Source of the DNA: an uncultured Pelagibacteraceae bacterium
GTDB lineage: Bacteria > Pseudomonadota > Alphaproteobacteria > Pelagibacterales > Pelagibacteraceae
Reading direction: 5' to 3'
DNA: 64,000 nt
Assembly: GCA_902622655.1 (NCBI GenBank)
Contig: CACNQY010000002.1
Location: 11,285 to 75,284 of the forward strand
A program made the position numbers and the translations under genes. This document shows, piece by piece, positions 31,061-42,228 of the stretch. Below the pieces are notes generated by a model, which saw only the letters and a list, made by a program, of their open reading frames with translations, made no database searches and was not told the origin of the DNA. The stretch's first letter is position 1. Each line of letters opens with the position of its first letter.

Positions 31061-31146
31061 GTAAAAACCCCCATTTTTCAATAATTTTTCAAAATTGCCT
31101 AAATTTACTGTATATAATCGCTTTAAAGTTTAAAATTTAAAATATT

Positions 31147-31710
31147 ATGAAAATTTCCAATTTATTAATAATTTTAATATCTTCACTATTAATTTTGACT
31201 GGTTGCAAAGGTGGAAAATTGCCAGGCGCTGACGCTAGAAAAGTTTCTTACGATGCAAGAGAAAGAGTTAAAAAGAATCTAGAAGAAGGAAAAGGATTTC
31301 GCCTTAATGATGCTTTCAAAAGAAAAAAAGGTGGAGACTTTGAATTTGCAAGTTCAAATGAATTGTGGCGTGCTTCTTTGGACGTAATAGATTTCATGCC
31401 TTTAGCATCGGCAAACTATAGTGGCGGCATGATAATAACTGATTGGTATTCGGATAATAAAAATCCAAACGAAAGTATAAAATTGACTATACGTTTTTTA
31501 ACTAATGAAATTAGATCAGATGCACTAAGTATAAAAGTTTTTTACAGAACTTGTAAAGAAATTAATAATTGTATTATTAATGAGAAAAGTGGACCTCTTG
31601 CAAAAGAATTAACAAGAGAAATTCTTAAAATAGCAACAAAGTATAAATCAGAAACTGATGAGGCTAATTTTAAAGAATATATTCTACCAAAAGATAAAGA
31701 TAAAAATTAA
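31147..31710 (+). CDS. DUF3576-family lipoprotein
   Basis: Lipobox LTGC; LWRASLDVIDFMPL..GGMIITDWY; typical position upstream of leuS. Confidence 0.85.
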   Translation: MKISNLLIILISSLLILTGCKGGKLPGADARKVSYDARERVKKNLEEGKGFRLNDAFKRKKGGDFEFASSNELWRASLDVIDFMPLASANYSGGMIITDWYSDNKNPNESIKLTIRFLTNEIRSDALSIKVFYRTCKEINNCIINEKSGPLAKELTREILKIATKYKSETDEANFKEYILPKDKDKN

Positions 31711-31727
31711 ATTAATAAATTTAAATC

Positions 31728-34265
31728 GTGGAAAGATATAATTTCAAAATAGTTGAAGAAAAATGGCAGAAGTTTTGGGAACAAAACAATTTTTTTAAAA
31801 CTAAAACAGATAAAAATAAAAAAAAATTTTATTGCTTGGAAATGTTCCCATATCCCTCTGGTAAGATTCATATGGGACATGTAAGAAATTATACAATTGG
31901 TGATGTACTAGCCCGATATAAAAGTTTACAAGGTTTCAATGTTTTACATCCTATGGGTTGGGACTCATTTGGAATGCCAGCAGAAAATGCTGCTAGACAA
32001 AACAATTTAGATCCAAAAACATGGACCGAAAAAAATGTAGCAACAATGAAATCACAATTAAAAAAACTAGGCCTATCAATAGATTGGGATAGAGAAATTT
32101 CAACTTGTACACCAGAATATTACAAACATCAGCAAGCTTTTTTCCTTGATTTACTTGAAAAAAAATTAGTCTACAGAAAAGAAAATTATGTAAATTGGGA
32201 TCCCATAGATGAAACTGTTCTTGCAAATGAGCAAGTTATAGATGGAAAAGGTTGGAGATCCGGTGCCGTTGTTGAAAGAAAAAAACTAAGTCAGTGGTTT
32301 TTCAATATATCAAAATTTTCTCAAGATCTTTTAGATGGTCTTGAAAATTTAAGTTCTTGGCCAAACAAAGTAAAAATAATGCAAAAAAATTGGATTGGAA
32401 AATCATTTGGTAGTGAAATAGATTTTAAAATTGAAGGAGATTTGCCTGTAAATAACATTAAATGTTTTACCACAAGACCCGATACACTTTTTGGATTCTC
32501 ATTTTTAGCTTTATCGATTGATCATGAGATTTCTAAATTTTATAGTAAGAATAAAGATTTTTTGAAGTTTAAAGAAGAATGCTCAAAAACAGGCACAACT
32601 GAAGAGGCAATAGCCGTTGGAGAAAAAATTGGTTTCAAAACTAATCTCATTGCAACTAATCCTTTAGACCCAAAACATAAAGTACCTGTATATTTTGCTA
32701 ATTTTGTATTAATGGATTATGGTTTTGGAGCAGTGTTTGGATGCCCCGCTCATGATCAAAGAGATTTTGATTTTGCAAAAAAATATAATTTAGAAATCAA
32801 AACTGTTGTTAAACCTTTAAATGAAAAGGAAAACTTTGAAGTCAAAGACGAGGCCTATCCGGGGCCTGGTATTATAATAAATTCTGATTTTTTGAATGGT
32901 CTTGAAGCGCCAGATAATTCAGTAACTGAAACAATTAAAATTTTAGAAGAAAAAAAACTGGGAAAAAAAAAAATTAATTATCGATTAAAAGATTGGGGTG
33001 TATCAAGACAAAGATATTGGGGATGTCCAATTCCAGTTGCATATGATGATAATGGAGATGCTCATCCAATTCCAAAATCTATGCTACCTGTAAAACTCCC
33101 AGAAAATATTGACCTAAAAGTAAAAGGAAATCCTCTAGACAGCCAAAAAGATTGGAAAGAAATCATTATTAATGGAAAAAAAATGACAAGAGAAACGGAC
33201 ACGCTTGATACTTTTGTTTGTTCTTCTTGGTATTTTTTAAGATTTTGTTCGCCCCATGAAGATAATTACGGCTTTAAAGAAGATGATGTTAATTATTGGA
33301 TGCCTGTAGACCAATATATTGGTGGTGTTGAACATGCAATCTTACACCTTCTTTATTCAAGATTTTTCATTAAAGCCATTTCACATAATAATAAAAATTT
33401 TAATTTGAAAGAACCATTTAATGGTTTGTTTACTCAGGGAATGGTCTGTCACGAAACATATAAAGATCCAGATAATAATTGGGTAAGTCCGGACGAGATA
33501 GAAACATTTAATGGAAAAAAATGTTTAAAAATTGATAAATCTAAAGTAATTAAAGTCGGTCCCTCAGAGTCAATGTCCAAATCTAAAAAAAATACAATTG
33601 ATCCTGAAAATATTATTTCAAATTATGGTGCTGATGCAGCAAGATTATTTATTTTATCTGATAGTCCACCAGAAAAAGATGTGCAATGGTCTGAAGAAGG
33701 AATTTTATCTTCATATAAATTTGTACAAAAATTATGGAGTTTAAATTCAAAAATTTTAGATGAAATTAAAAAGGATCATAAAGAAGATAAAGATAATGAA
33801 ATTGAAAAGTTTACTAACAAATTGATTAAAAGGGTAACTGATAATCTTGAAAATTTTAGTTATAACAAAATTGTTGCTAATTTACATGAGATGCATTCCT
33901 TTGTATCTAAGCAAATAGAGAATAATTATACAAAAAAAACATTACTTAAAAATTACAATGATATTTTAGTTTTAATTTCACCTGTATTGCCTCATTTTGC
34001 TAATGAATGCCTAGAAATTCTTAAAAGTGAAAATAAAACTAAATGGCCAATGTATGATCAAAAATTTCTAGAGGATGAAAGTATAAATATAGTAATTCAA
34101 ATTAATGGAAAAAAAAGGGGACTATTAAATTTAAAAAAAGACACAGATGAGGTAGAATTATTGAGTTTAATTAAGAAACATGGAACATTAAATAAATACA
34201 TAGAAAATAAAGAAATAAAAAAGAAAATTTTTGTTAAAAACAAAATTATAAATTTTATTATTTAG
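31728..34265 (+). CDS. leuS: Leucyl-tRNA synthetase
   Basis: [30 protein letters not shown] and SMSKS motifs; GTG start. Confidence 0.98.
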   Translation: MERYNFKIVEEKWQKFWEQNNFFKTKTDKNKKKFYCLEMFPYPSGKIHMGHVRNYTIGDVLARYKSLQGFNVLHPMGWDSFGMPAENAARQNNLDPKTWTEKNVATMKSQLKKLGLSIDWDREISTCTPEYYKHQQAFFLDLLEKKLVYRKENYVNWDPIDETVLANEQVIDGKGWRSGAVVERKKLSQWFFNISKFSQDLLDGLENLSSWPNKVKIMQKNWIGKSFGSEIDFKIEGDLPVNNIKCFTTRPDTLFGFSFLALSIDHEISKFYSKNKDFLKFKEECSKTGTTEEAIAVGEKIGFKTNLIATNPLDPKHKVPVYFANFVLMDYGFGAVFGCPAHDQRDFDFAKKYNLEIKTVVKPLNEKENFEVKDEAYPGPGIIINSDFLNGLEAPDNSVTETIKILEEKKLGKKKINYRLKDWGVSRQRYWGCPIPVAYDDNGDAHPIPKSMLPVKLPENIDLKVKGNPLDSQKDWKEIIINGKKMTRETDTLDTFVCSSWYFLRFCSPHEDNYGFKEDDVNYWMPVDQYIGGVEHAILHLLYSRFFIKAISHNNKNFNLKEPFNGLFTQGMVCHETYKDPDNNWVSPDEIETFNGKKCLKIDKSKVIKVGPSESMSKSKKNTIDPENIISNYGADAARLFILSDSPPEKDVQWSEEGILSSYKFVQKLWSLNSKILDEIKKDHKEDKDNEIEKFTNKLIKRVTDNLENFSYNKIVANLHEMHSFVSKQIENNYTKKTLLKNYNDILVLISPVLPHFANECLEILKSENKTKWPMYDQKFLEDESINIVIQINGKKRGLLNLKKDTDEVELLSLIKKHGTLNKYIENKEIKKKIFVKNKIINFII

Positions 34266-34266
34266 A

Positions 34267-34725
34267 ATGAAAAAAAATTATTTATTTTTACTTATAGTTA
34301 TTTTGTTTATTCCTAGTTGCGGATATAATCCAATTTATTCTGACGTAAACAGCGAAACTGTAAGATTAAATATTCTCAAAGTTACTGGAGATGAAGAGAT
34401 GAATAATATGTTTGAAATACAATCAAAAAAATACTCAAATACAGGAGCATCCAAAAGTTTTGATTTAAACGTTAACACTAATTATGAAAGAAATATTTTA
34501 ATTAAAAATAAATCAGGTGGTGCATCAAGTTACTCAATAAAAACAGTAATAGAATTTGAACTAGTAAATACTGAAAAAAATAGAAAATTTGTATTTTCTA
34601 ACGAAACCAAAACAGAAAACATGAGTAAAGAATACGAGTTAAAAAAATATGAAAGAACAATTAAAAGTAATTTTATTAATTCAAAACTAGAGGAATTAAT
34701 TTTACAACTTTCTAATATTGAATGA
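34267..34725 (+). CDS. lptE: LPS-assembly lipoprotein LptE-like
   Basis: Lipobox SCGYNPIY; conserved leuS-lptE-holA order. Confidence 0.7.
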   Translation: MKKNYLFLLIVILFIPSCGYNPIYSDVNSETVRLNILKVTGDEEMNNMFEIQSKKYSNTGASKSFDLNVNTNYERNILIKNKSGGASSYSIKTVIEFELVNTEKNRKFVFSNETKTENMSKEYELKKYERTIKSNFINSKLEELILQLSNIE

Positions 34726-35714
34726 TTTTAAAATCTTTTGAAACTCACAAAATTAATCTTAAAAAGCCAAATTTAATACTTTTTTATGGAAAAAATGAAG
34801 GACACAAAAAAGCTACTATTAATCAAATTATTGAAAATAAAGAAAATACAATAGTCTATGAACAACAAGAAATTTTAGATAATGCAGACAATTTTTTTGA
34901 TACAATTTTATCAAAGTCACTTTTTGAAAAAAATAAAACCATAATTATTAAAAGAGCTAATGATAAGATAGTTAAAATAATTGATGATTTAAATTTAGAT
35001 AAGCTCGAAGATATAAATATTATTATAGAAGCAGATAATCTAGAAAAAAAATCAAAATTAAGATCTAATTTTGAAAAAAATAAAGACTATATTTGTGTAG
35101 CATTTTATCCAGATACACAACAAACATTGATAAAATTAGCACATAATTTTTTAAGAGAAAGCAATATATCTATTTCTCAATCAAACATTAACCTAATAAT
35201 AGATAAATGCCTTGGTTCTAGAGAAAGTTTATTTAACGAACTAAACAAAATAGTAAATTTTACTAAAAATGGAAAAAAAATTACTGAAGAAAATATATTG
35301 AAACTAATTAATTTAAATGAAAATCATAGTATTTCTGAACTGATAGATAATTGCTTAGCAAAAAATAAAATAAAAATAATGCACATATTAAATGAAAATA
35401 ATTTTAATTATGAGGATAGTGTTGTAATTGTGAGAACTCTCTTAAATAAGTCAAAAAAAATATTAAAATTAATTCAAAATTATGAAAATAATAATAATAT
35501 AGAACTTACAATTTCATCTGCGAGGCCTCCAATTTTTTGGAAAGATAAGGAAATTACAAAACAACAAATTTATAAATGGAAATCTCAAAATATTAAAAAA
35601 TTTATCTATGAAATAAGTGAAGTTGAACTTTTGATTAAAAAAAATTTTAATAATTCAATCAACTTAATAACAAACTTCATATTAGAAAAATCTACATCAG
35701 AAACTAATAATTAG
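34722..35714 (+). CDS. holA: DNA polymerase III delta subunit
   Basis: LFYG, SLF, LEKKSKLRSNFE and RPPIFWK motifs; synteny. Confidence 0.88.
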   Translation: MILKSFETHKINLKKPNLILFYGKNEGHKKATINQIIENKENTIVYEQQEILDNADNFFDTILSKSLFEKNKTIIIKRANDKIVKIIDDLNLDKLEDINIIIEADNLEKKSKLRSNFEKNKDYICVAFYPDTQQTLIKLAHNFLRESNISISQSNINLIIDKCLGSRESLFNELNKIVNFTKNGKKITEENILKLINLNENHSISELIDNCLAKNKIKIMHILNENNFNYEDSVVIVRTLLNKSKKILKLIQNYENNNNIELTISSARPPIFWKDKEITKQQIYKWKSQNIKKFIYEISEVELLIKKNFNNSINLITNFILEKSTSETNN

Positions 35715-36546
35715 ATTTAATTATATCCATAATTTTATGCAACTGTTCTAAGTCTTTATACTCAAAAGAAATTGTACCTTTATTTCTTTTGTTATTTTTT
35801 ATCTCTACATTTAAACCAATTTTATTGGATAAAGACAACTCAAGGGATATAATATTGGCATCTTTAAGTTTTTTTGAAGTTTGTTTATTTTTTTTAAATA
35901 AATTAACAAAATTTTCTGCTTGTCTAACTGATAGATTGTTTTCTACAATTTTTTTTGCTACAAAATCAGCATTATTCAATCCAACTAATATTTTAGCGTG
36001 ACCTGTGGTCAATTTTCCTGATTCTATTAATTTAATAACATTATCTGGAAGAGTTAAAATTCGTAATGAATTAGCAATATAACTTCTACTCTTTCCTATA
36101 AATTTTGAAACTTTTTCTTGATCATAAGAAAATTCGTTTATAAGTCTTTTGTAACCTTGAGCTTCTTCAAGAGGGTTCAGGTCTGTTCTTTGAACATTTT
36201 CAACAATTGCAAATTCTAAAGATTTTAAATCATCTGCCTCTGTAATGACGACAGGAACATTATGAAGACCCGCTCTTTGGGCTGCCAACCACCTTCTCTC
36301 ACCTGCTATTATCTCATACTTTAGATTTTCATAGTCTGATTTTCTAACTACAATAGGCTGAATCATTCCTCTTTCTTTTATAGAATTTGTTAAATCTTCC
36401 AAATTATTATCATCGAAAATTTTTCTTGGCTGGTATTTGTTAGGTATCAGATCGCTAATAGATAATTGATTTTTTTGAATCTCTACTTTTGTTTCACCTA
36501 TAAGCGATGATAATCCTCTTCCTAAACCTTTTTTGATTTTATCCAT
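35704..36546 (-). CDS. parB: Chromosome partitioning protein ParB
   Basis: GLGRGLSSL, QPRK, IIAGERRWLAA and ENVQRTDL motifs; HTH. Confidence 0.97.
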   Translation of the reverse strand: MDKIKKGLGRGLSSLIGETKVEIQKNQLSISDLIPNKYQPRKIFDDNNLEDLTNSIKERGMIQPIVVRKSDYENLKYEIIAGERRWLAAQRAGLHNVPVVITEADDLKSLEFAIVENVQRTDLNPLEEAQGYKRLINEFSYDQEKVSKFIGKSRSYIANSLRILTLPDNVIKLIESGKLTTGHAKILVGLNNADFVAKKIVENNLSVRQAENFVNLFKKNKQTSKKLKDANIISLELSLSNKIGLNVEIKNNKRNKGTISFEYKDLEQLHKIMDIIKSNY

Positions 36547-37340
36547 TAAGCAGCACTCCCTATTATTGGCTCTTGATTAATAAATTCATCAGTAAAATTA
36601 AAATATGATTTACTACCAGGACATGATTTGTCATAAATTAATACCGGCATCCCGTGTGATGGTGCTTCGGACAATCTAACATTCCTAGGTATAACTGTTG
36701 AGTAAACTTTTTCGCTAAAATAGTCTCTTGCTTCTTTCTCAACTTGAGAGGAGAGTTTATTTCTTTTATCATACATTGTTAAGAGTATGCCCCGAATTTT
36801 CAAAGAAGGATTTAAGCTTGCTTTTATCCTTTCAATTGTCTTCATTAACTGTGTTAATCCTTCAAGCGCAAAAAATTCCGTTTGAAGTGGAACTAATAGT
36901 GAGTTTGAGCTAACAAGTGCCATTACAGTTAGAAGGCTTAACGATGGAGGACAGTCAATTAGTACATAATCATAAGAAGTCCTAGAATTGTTTAAATACA
37001 GGGCTAATTTTGTCTTTAGTATAAATGCTCTGTTGCTATCATCGGCTGTCTCTACCTCTAATCCTGAAAGATCCACGTTTGATGTGACAATATCTAAATT
37101 TTCAAAATTTGTTTTTTTAATAACCTCACCAATTTCTTTAGTACCATTCAACACTCCGTAAATTGTATCACTTGAATTATTCATATTCGATAATCCGAGA
37201 CCTGTTGTTGCATTCCCTTGTGGATCTAGATCAATTACTAAAATTTTTTTATTCAATTGGGACAATCCAGCTGCAAGATTAATTACGGTAGTAGTTTTTC
37301 CTACCCCACCCTTTTGATTTATGACTGAAATGATTTGCAT
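36546..37340 (-). CDS. parA: Chromosome partitioning ATPase ParA
   Basis: NQKGGVGKTTT, DLDPQGNA and DCPPSL motifs. Confidence 0.97.
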   Translation of the reverse strand: MQIISVINQKGGVGKTTTVINLAAGLSQLNKKILVIDLDPQGNATTGLGLSNMNNSSDTIYGVLNGTKEIGEVIKKTNFENLDIVTSNVDLSGLEVETADDSNRAFILKTKLALYLNNSRTSYDYVLIDCPPSLSLLTVMALVSSNSLLVPLQTEFFALEGLTQLMKTIERIKASLNPSLKIRGILLTMYDKRNKLSSQVEKEARDYFSEKVYSTVIPRNVRLSEAPSHGMPVLIYDKSCPGSKSYFNFTDEFINQEPIIGSAA

Positions 37341-37353
37341 ATAATTTTTTTTA

Positions 37354-38004
37354 TTAATTATTTAATTTTTTTTTTAATTTTTTTACATTTATTAAAAATG
37401 AATCGTCATTTGTTAAACTTTTTTTTTCTGTATATTCCATTTCCCAATTTTTTTTTGAATTTTCAAAAATTTTTTTCCCACTTCTGCCCATGAAGAAAAT
37501 TAAATTTTTATATTTATAAAAATTTTCATATACTAAATCTAAAACAACAGGCATTGGTTTAAATGCTCTAGACATTATAGTTCCTGTTTCTAAATTTTTA
37601 TTTTCAAAAATATTTCTCTTAAAAACTTTTGTGTTTAGATTTAATTTTTCTGAGACTTCCTCTAAAAAATGGCTTTTATGGTAGCTTTTTTCATAAAGGT
37701 GCACTTTCATATTATTTTTAATATTTTTTAGTATAATTGCTATTATAATTCCAGGCATCCCCCCTCCTGAACCTATATCTGTGGTTGTATTGCTATTTAA
37801 ATCAACAAAATCAATGATTTGTGCAGAATCAAGAATATGGCGATTAATTATGGTCTTTTTTGATGCTGTTTTGTTGCTAATTATGTTAATTTTTTCATTC
37901 TTTTCAAGTATCATGGATATATAGCTTTCGAAGTCTAAAAATGTTTCACGTGGAACATTTAAATGATTGAATCTTGAATAAGATTTTAAAATTTCTTGGT
38001 CCAT
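37354..38004 (-). CDS. rsmG: 16S rRNA m7G527 methyltransferase (GidB)
   Basis: RHILDS, DIGSGGGMPG and SRAF motifs; between mnmG and parA. Confidence 0.93.
   Translation of the reverse strand: MDQEILKSYSRFNHLNVPRETFLDFESYISMILEKNEKINIISNKTASKKTIINRHILDSAQIIDFVDLNSNTTTDIGSGGGMPGIIIAIILKNIKNNMKVHLYEKSYHKSHFLEEVSEKLNLNTKVFKRNIFENKNLETGTIMSRAFKPMPVVLDLVYENFYKYKNLIFFMGRSGKKIFENSKKNWEMEYTEKKSLTNDDSFLINVKKLKKKLNN
37942..37957. promoter_or_regulatory. parS centromere-like site inside rsmG
   Basis: TGTTTCACGTGGAACA, one mismatch from consensus TGTTTCACGTGAAACA, flanked by AAA/TTT. Confidence 0.88.
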
Positions 38005-39875
38005 TAAGCTATATGCTTAATAGACTTTCTTTTGACATGTGACAACAAAATATATACAGCTGCAGGGGTTATTCCGTCGATTCTTAAAGCTTGCCCCATA
38101 GTTGTTGGCTTAATTTGCTTAAATTTAGCTTTTACCTCATTAGATAAGCCTGAAAGTGTATCATAATTAATTTTATCAGGTATGATTAGGTTTTCATCTC
38201 TCTTAAATGCTAGAATATCAGCTTTTTGTTTCTTTAAATACCCTCTGTAATGAGCATTAATTTCTACCTGCTCATCAATTTCTTTGCTATAAAACGGTAT
38301 ATCCGACCATATTTCCCTGATTTTAGTCATGTTTACATCTTTTTGTGTTAATATTTCATCAGAAGATCTTAAAACACCGTCTTTTGCAATTTTTATACCA
38401 AATTGATGGGCCTTATTAGGTGATATAGTTAACTGTCCCATTTTTGAGTTAATTTGGGTAATTTTGTCAAATTTATCAAGATAAAGATCCTTTCTTACAT
38501 CACCAATTAATCCAATTTCTATTCCTTTTGCGGTTAATCTTTGGTCTGCATTATCAGATCTCAGACTTAATCTATATTCGGCTCTTGATGTAAACATTCT
38601 ATATGGTTCAGCCACACCTTTAGTCACTAAATCATCGATCATTACTCCGATATAAGCATCAGATCTATCGAGAATAAAAGGTTCAGATTTTTTAAAAGAT
38701 AGAGCAGCATTAATCCCGGCTATAAGACCCTGAGCTGCCGCTTCCTCATAACCTGTTGTTCCATTGATCTGACCTGCAAGGTATAGATTACTAATCTTCT
38801 TAGTCTCAAGCGTTAAAAATAGCTCCCTCGGATCTATATAGTCATATTCTATGGCATAACCTGGCCTTATAATAGATACATTTTCTAAACCATTGATATT
38901 ATTACATATTTCTTGCTGAACATCAGCTGGAAGTGATGTAGAGATCCCATTTGGGTAAATTGTATGGTCATTTAGCCCTTCAGGCTCCAAAAATATCTGG
39001 TGTCTACTCTTATCAGCAAATTTTACTATCTTGTCTTCAATGGATGGGCAGTATCTAGGTCCAACACCTTGTATGTTACCAGAGTACATAGCGCTCTTAG
39101 ATAAATTTTTTTCAATAATTTTATGAACCTTATCGTTAGTATAAGTCATACGACATGAAACTTGTTTGTTAATATTTTTTTTGGTTAAGAAAGAAAAAAA
39201 ATAAGGATCATCATCTGCAAACTGTTCTTCTAAATTTTCATAATTAATTGTTCTTGAGTCAAGTCGGGGAGGGGTTCCTGTTTTTAATCTTCCTATTTTA
39301 AAATTGTATTTTTCTAATTGTTCACTTAATCCTGTTGAAGGTTTTTCATCATATCTTCCAGCGGGTGTTCTTTCATTACCTATATGTATCAAACCATTTA
39401 AAAAAGTGCCCGTTGTTAGTATTAGCTTAGAACATAAAACTTTGTTACCTTCTTTAGTTATAAAGCCAGTTATTGTGTTTTTATCAAAAATAAACTTTAT
39501 TACAGGATCAGAAAAAATGCTTAAATTACAATAGTTTACAAGTTTTTCTTGCATATATTTACGATATAATGACCTATCAGATTGAGTTCTTGGTCCTCTT
39601 ACCGCTGGGCCTCTACTTCTATTTAATAATCTAAATTGTATACCGGATTTATCTGCAACCTCTCCCATAACACCATCAAGAGCATCTATTTCTCTTACTA
39701 AATGACCTTTACCCAAACCACCTATTGCTGGGTTACAAGACATCTCTCCAATTGTTTCTATTTTATGAGTATACAAAGCGGTGTTAACACCTAGCCGTGC
39801 AGAAGCTGCAGCTGCTTCACAACCAGCATGACCACCACCTATTACCACAACATCAAATGATAAATCATTTTTCAT
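38004..39875 (-). CDS. mnmG: tRNA uridine 5-carboxymethylaminomethyl modification enzyme (GidA)
   Basis: [30 protein letters not shown] and [16 protein letters not shown] motifs. Confidence 0.98.
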   Translation of the reverse strand: MKNDLSFDVVVIGGGHAGCEAAAASARLGVNTALYTHKIETIGEMSCNPAIGGLGKGHLVREIDALDGVMGEVADKSGIQFRLLNRSRGPAVRGPRTQSDRSLYRKYMQEKLVNYCNLSIFSDPVIKFIFDKNTITGFITKEGNKVLCSKLILTTGTFLNGLIHIGNERTPAGRYDEKPSTGLSEQLEKYNFKIGRLKTGTPPRLDSRTINYENLEEQFADDDPYFFSFLTKKNINKQVSCRMTYTNDKVHKIIEKNLSKSAMYSGNIQGVGPRYCPSIEDKIVKFADKSRHQIFLEPEGLNDHTIYPNGISTSLPADVQQEICNNINGLENVSIIRPGYAIEYDYIDPRELFLTLETKKISNLYLAGQINGTTGYEEAAAQGLIAGINAALSFKKSEPFILDRSDAYIGVMIDDLVTKGVAEPYRMFTSRAEYRLSLRSDNADQRLTAKGIEIGLIGDVRKDLYLDKFDKITQINSKMGQLTISPNKAHQFGIKIAKDGVLRSSDEILTQKDVNMTKIREIWSDIPFYSKEIDEQVEINAHYRGYLKKQKADILAFKRDENLIIPDKINYDTLSGLSNEVKAKFKQIKPTTMGQALRIDGITPAAVYILLSHVKRKSIKHIA

Positions 39876-39990
39876 AAGCTAAATTTATAACTGATTATTA
39901 TATTTACAAGATCCGTATATTTTTGCTTAAATAAGCTTTAATTATCAACATTTTTTAATAAAAGCGGCCTAAAACAAGGAAAATAGGGTA

Positions 39991-41322
39991 TTATTTACCT
40001 ATACAAAAATCGTTGAAAATACTACCTAATATCTCCTCTACATCGACTTTTCCAACAATCATGCCAAGATGCCTAGTGGCTAATCTTAAATCCTCTGCGG
40101 CTTTATCAAAATCTTCAACTTCATTTTTTTTATTAAAATTATTAAGATGCTCTAAACACTGTTCAAGATGTTGTCTATGTCGTTCTCTAGTAATTAAAAT
40201 ATCATTAGTTGTTATAAATTTATTTTTTAAATTATTTTTTATTTTTGAAATTAATTCATCAATATTTAAATTTGCTTTAATTGAAATTAATACATGATTT
40301 AATTTTTTGATCTCAGGATTAATATCTCCCTCTAATAGATCAGATTTATTTATAACCAAAATCGCATTTTTATCTATTAAACTCTTCAAAACATCAGTAA
40401 AATCAAGCTTTTTTGCATCTACCACTACAAGCTTTAAATCAGCTTCTTCGGCTCTATTTAAAGATAATTTAATACCTTTTTTTTCTATTTCATTTTTAGA
40501 GTCTCTTATACCTGCGGTGTCAGATATAATTACTGGATAACCATCTATACTAAGATGAGTTTCAATTACATCTCTTGTTGTTCCAGCAATCTCTGAAACT
40601 ATTGCAACATCTCTATTTGATAGATGATTTAGTAGACTAGATTTACCTGCATTGGTAGGTCCAAGAATTGCAATCTTAAAACCTTCTCTTATTCTTTCTC
40701 CAACCTTTTGATCATTTAAAATTTTTTCAATATTTTTTAAAACATCATCAGAACTTTTTTTAATTTCTTTTAAAATATCATTTGGCAAATCTTCATCTGG
40801 AAAATCTATTTTAGCTTCAACGTGTGATAAAATTTTTAAAAGTTTTTCTCTTAAAAAATTAAATCGGTCTGCTGATTTTCCATTCATAATTTTAATAGCT
40901 TGCTGCCTTTGAATTTCAGTTTCTGAAGAAATTAAATCAGCAATACTTTCAGCTTTAAGTAAATTTATTTTTCCATTTTGAAATGCTAATTTTGTAAATT
41001 CACCTGGTTCAGCTAATCTACAATTTTCTATATCTGATATGGAAGAGTGGAGAGCGTCTACGACAGCTTTGCTTCCATGAACTTGTATTTCAGCCATATC
41101 TTCACCTGTGTAGCTCTCTGGCCCAGGAAACCATATAATTAATCCCTCATCAATCAGCTCAGAAGTATTGATTTTATTGATTTTTCTTAAGGTGGCTACT
41201 CTTGGCTTTGGAGGGTCTTTACCAGTTAATAATTTAATAACTTTTGAGGTGTGCGGCCCAGAAATTCTAATAACTGCAACGCCAGAAATTCCCGGTCCTG
41301 ATGAAAGTGCATAAATTGTCAT
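39991..41322 (-). CDS. mnmE: tRNA modification GTPase (TrmE)
   Basis: SYTGED, GPTNAGKSS, GTTRD, DTAG, NKSD and C-terminal FCIGK motifs. Confidence 0.98.
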   Translation of the reverse strand: MTIYALSSGPGISGVAVIRISGPHTSKVIKLLTGKDPPKPRVATLRKINKINTSELIDEGLIIWFPGPESYTGEDMAEIQVHGSKAVVDALHSSISDIENCRLAEPGEFTKLAFQNGKINLLKAESIADLISSETEIQRQQAIKIMNGKSADRFNFLREKLLKILSHVEAKIDFPDEDLPNDILKEIKKSSDDVLKNIEKILNDQKVGERIREGFKIAILGPTNAGKSSLLNHLSNRDVAIVSEIAGTTRDVIETHLSIDGYPVIISDTAGIRDSKNEIEKKGIKLSLNRAEEADLKLVVVDAKKLDFTDVLKSLIDKNAILVINKSDLLEGDINPEIKKLNHVLISIKANLNIDELISKIKNNLKNKFITTNDILITRERHRQHLEQCLEHLNNFNKKNEVEDFDKAAEDLRLATRHLGMIVGKVDVEEILGSIFNDFCIGK

Positions 41323-41369
41323 CGGTTTTTATTATAGCTATATATTATCTTTAATTATATAAATTTTTT

Positions 41370-42221
41370 ATGATCATTTGGTTAGCTTCCTATCCAAAAA
41401 GTGGAAATACTTATGTAAGAGCTTTTCTCTCCGCATATTATTTTTCTGAAAATGGCGAATTTGATTTTAGTCAAATTTTAAAAATTGAACAATTTCCGCA
41501 TGAAAAGTTTTATAAGCAAAAGGTTAATAATATAAGTGAGGCCTCAAAGTTATGGGTGCCTATCCAAAAAGAAATCAATAAAGATAGAAAAATTAAATTT
41601 TTTAAAACACACAGTGTTTTAGGAAATTATCAAGGTAATCAGTTCACCTCACCAGAAACCACTCTTGGGGCAGTATACATAGTCCGAGACCCGAGAAATG
41701 TATTAACATCTCTTAAAAATCATTATTCTTTAGACGATGATAAAGCTTTAAAAATGATTACGGATAAAACTAGAAGTTTAATGTCGAACAAAGGATCACA
41801 CGGTTCTCTTACTTATATAAGTTCTTGGGCTGAAAATTACTTGTCTTGGTTTAGAAATCATCAATTCAGGAGGCTTTTTGTAAAATATGAAGATCTTATG
41901 ACAAACAAATATGAGACTTTTAGAGATATAATCGTTTTTACAAATACACTTATGAATAATGTTCAGGGTGTAGATAAATCAAAATTGCAAAAAGCTATTG
42001 AAACTACAAATTTTAATGTATTAAAAAAAAAAGAGGTCAGTGAAACTTTTGACGGATCAGAAAGTAGTTTTAAAGATTGGAGAAAATTTCACTCAGAAAA
42101 TAAAAATTTATTTTTTAACCTTGGACCCGAAAATAATTGGAAAAAAATTTTAAAAGAGAGAATTTCAATAGAAATACAAAATTGTTTTGAAAAAGAAATG
42201 AAAGAATTAGGATATTTATAA
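41370..42221 (+). CDS. PAPS-dependent sulfotransferase
   Basis: WLASYPKSGNT (5'-PSB loop), KTH, VRDPRNVLTS (3'-PB) and KYEDL motifs. Confidence 0.9.
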   Translation: MIIWLASYPKSGNTYVRAFLSAYYFSENGEFDFSQILKIEQFPHEKFYKQKVNNISEASKLWVPIQKEINKDRKIKFFKTHSVLGNYQGNQFTSPETTLGAVYIVRDPRNVLTSLKNHYSLDDDKALKMITDKTRSLMSNKGSHGSLTYISSWAENYLSWFRNHQFRRLFVKYEDLMTNKYETFRDIIVFTNTLMNNVQGVDKSKLQKAIETTNFNVLKKKEVSETFDGSESSFKDWRKFHSENKNLFFNLGPENNWKKILKERISIEIQNCFEKEMKELGYL

Positions 42222-42228
42222 AAATTTA

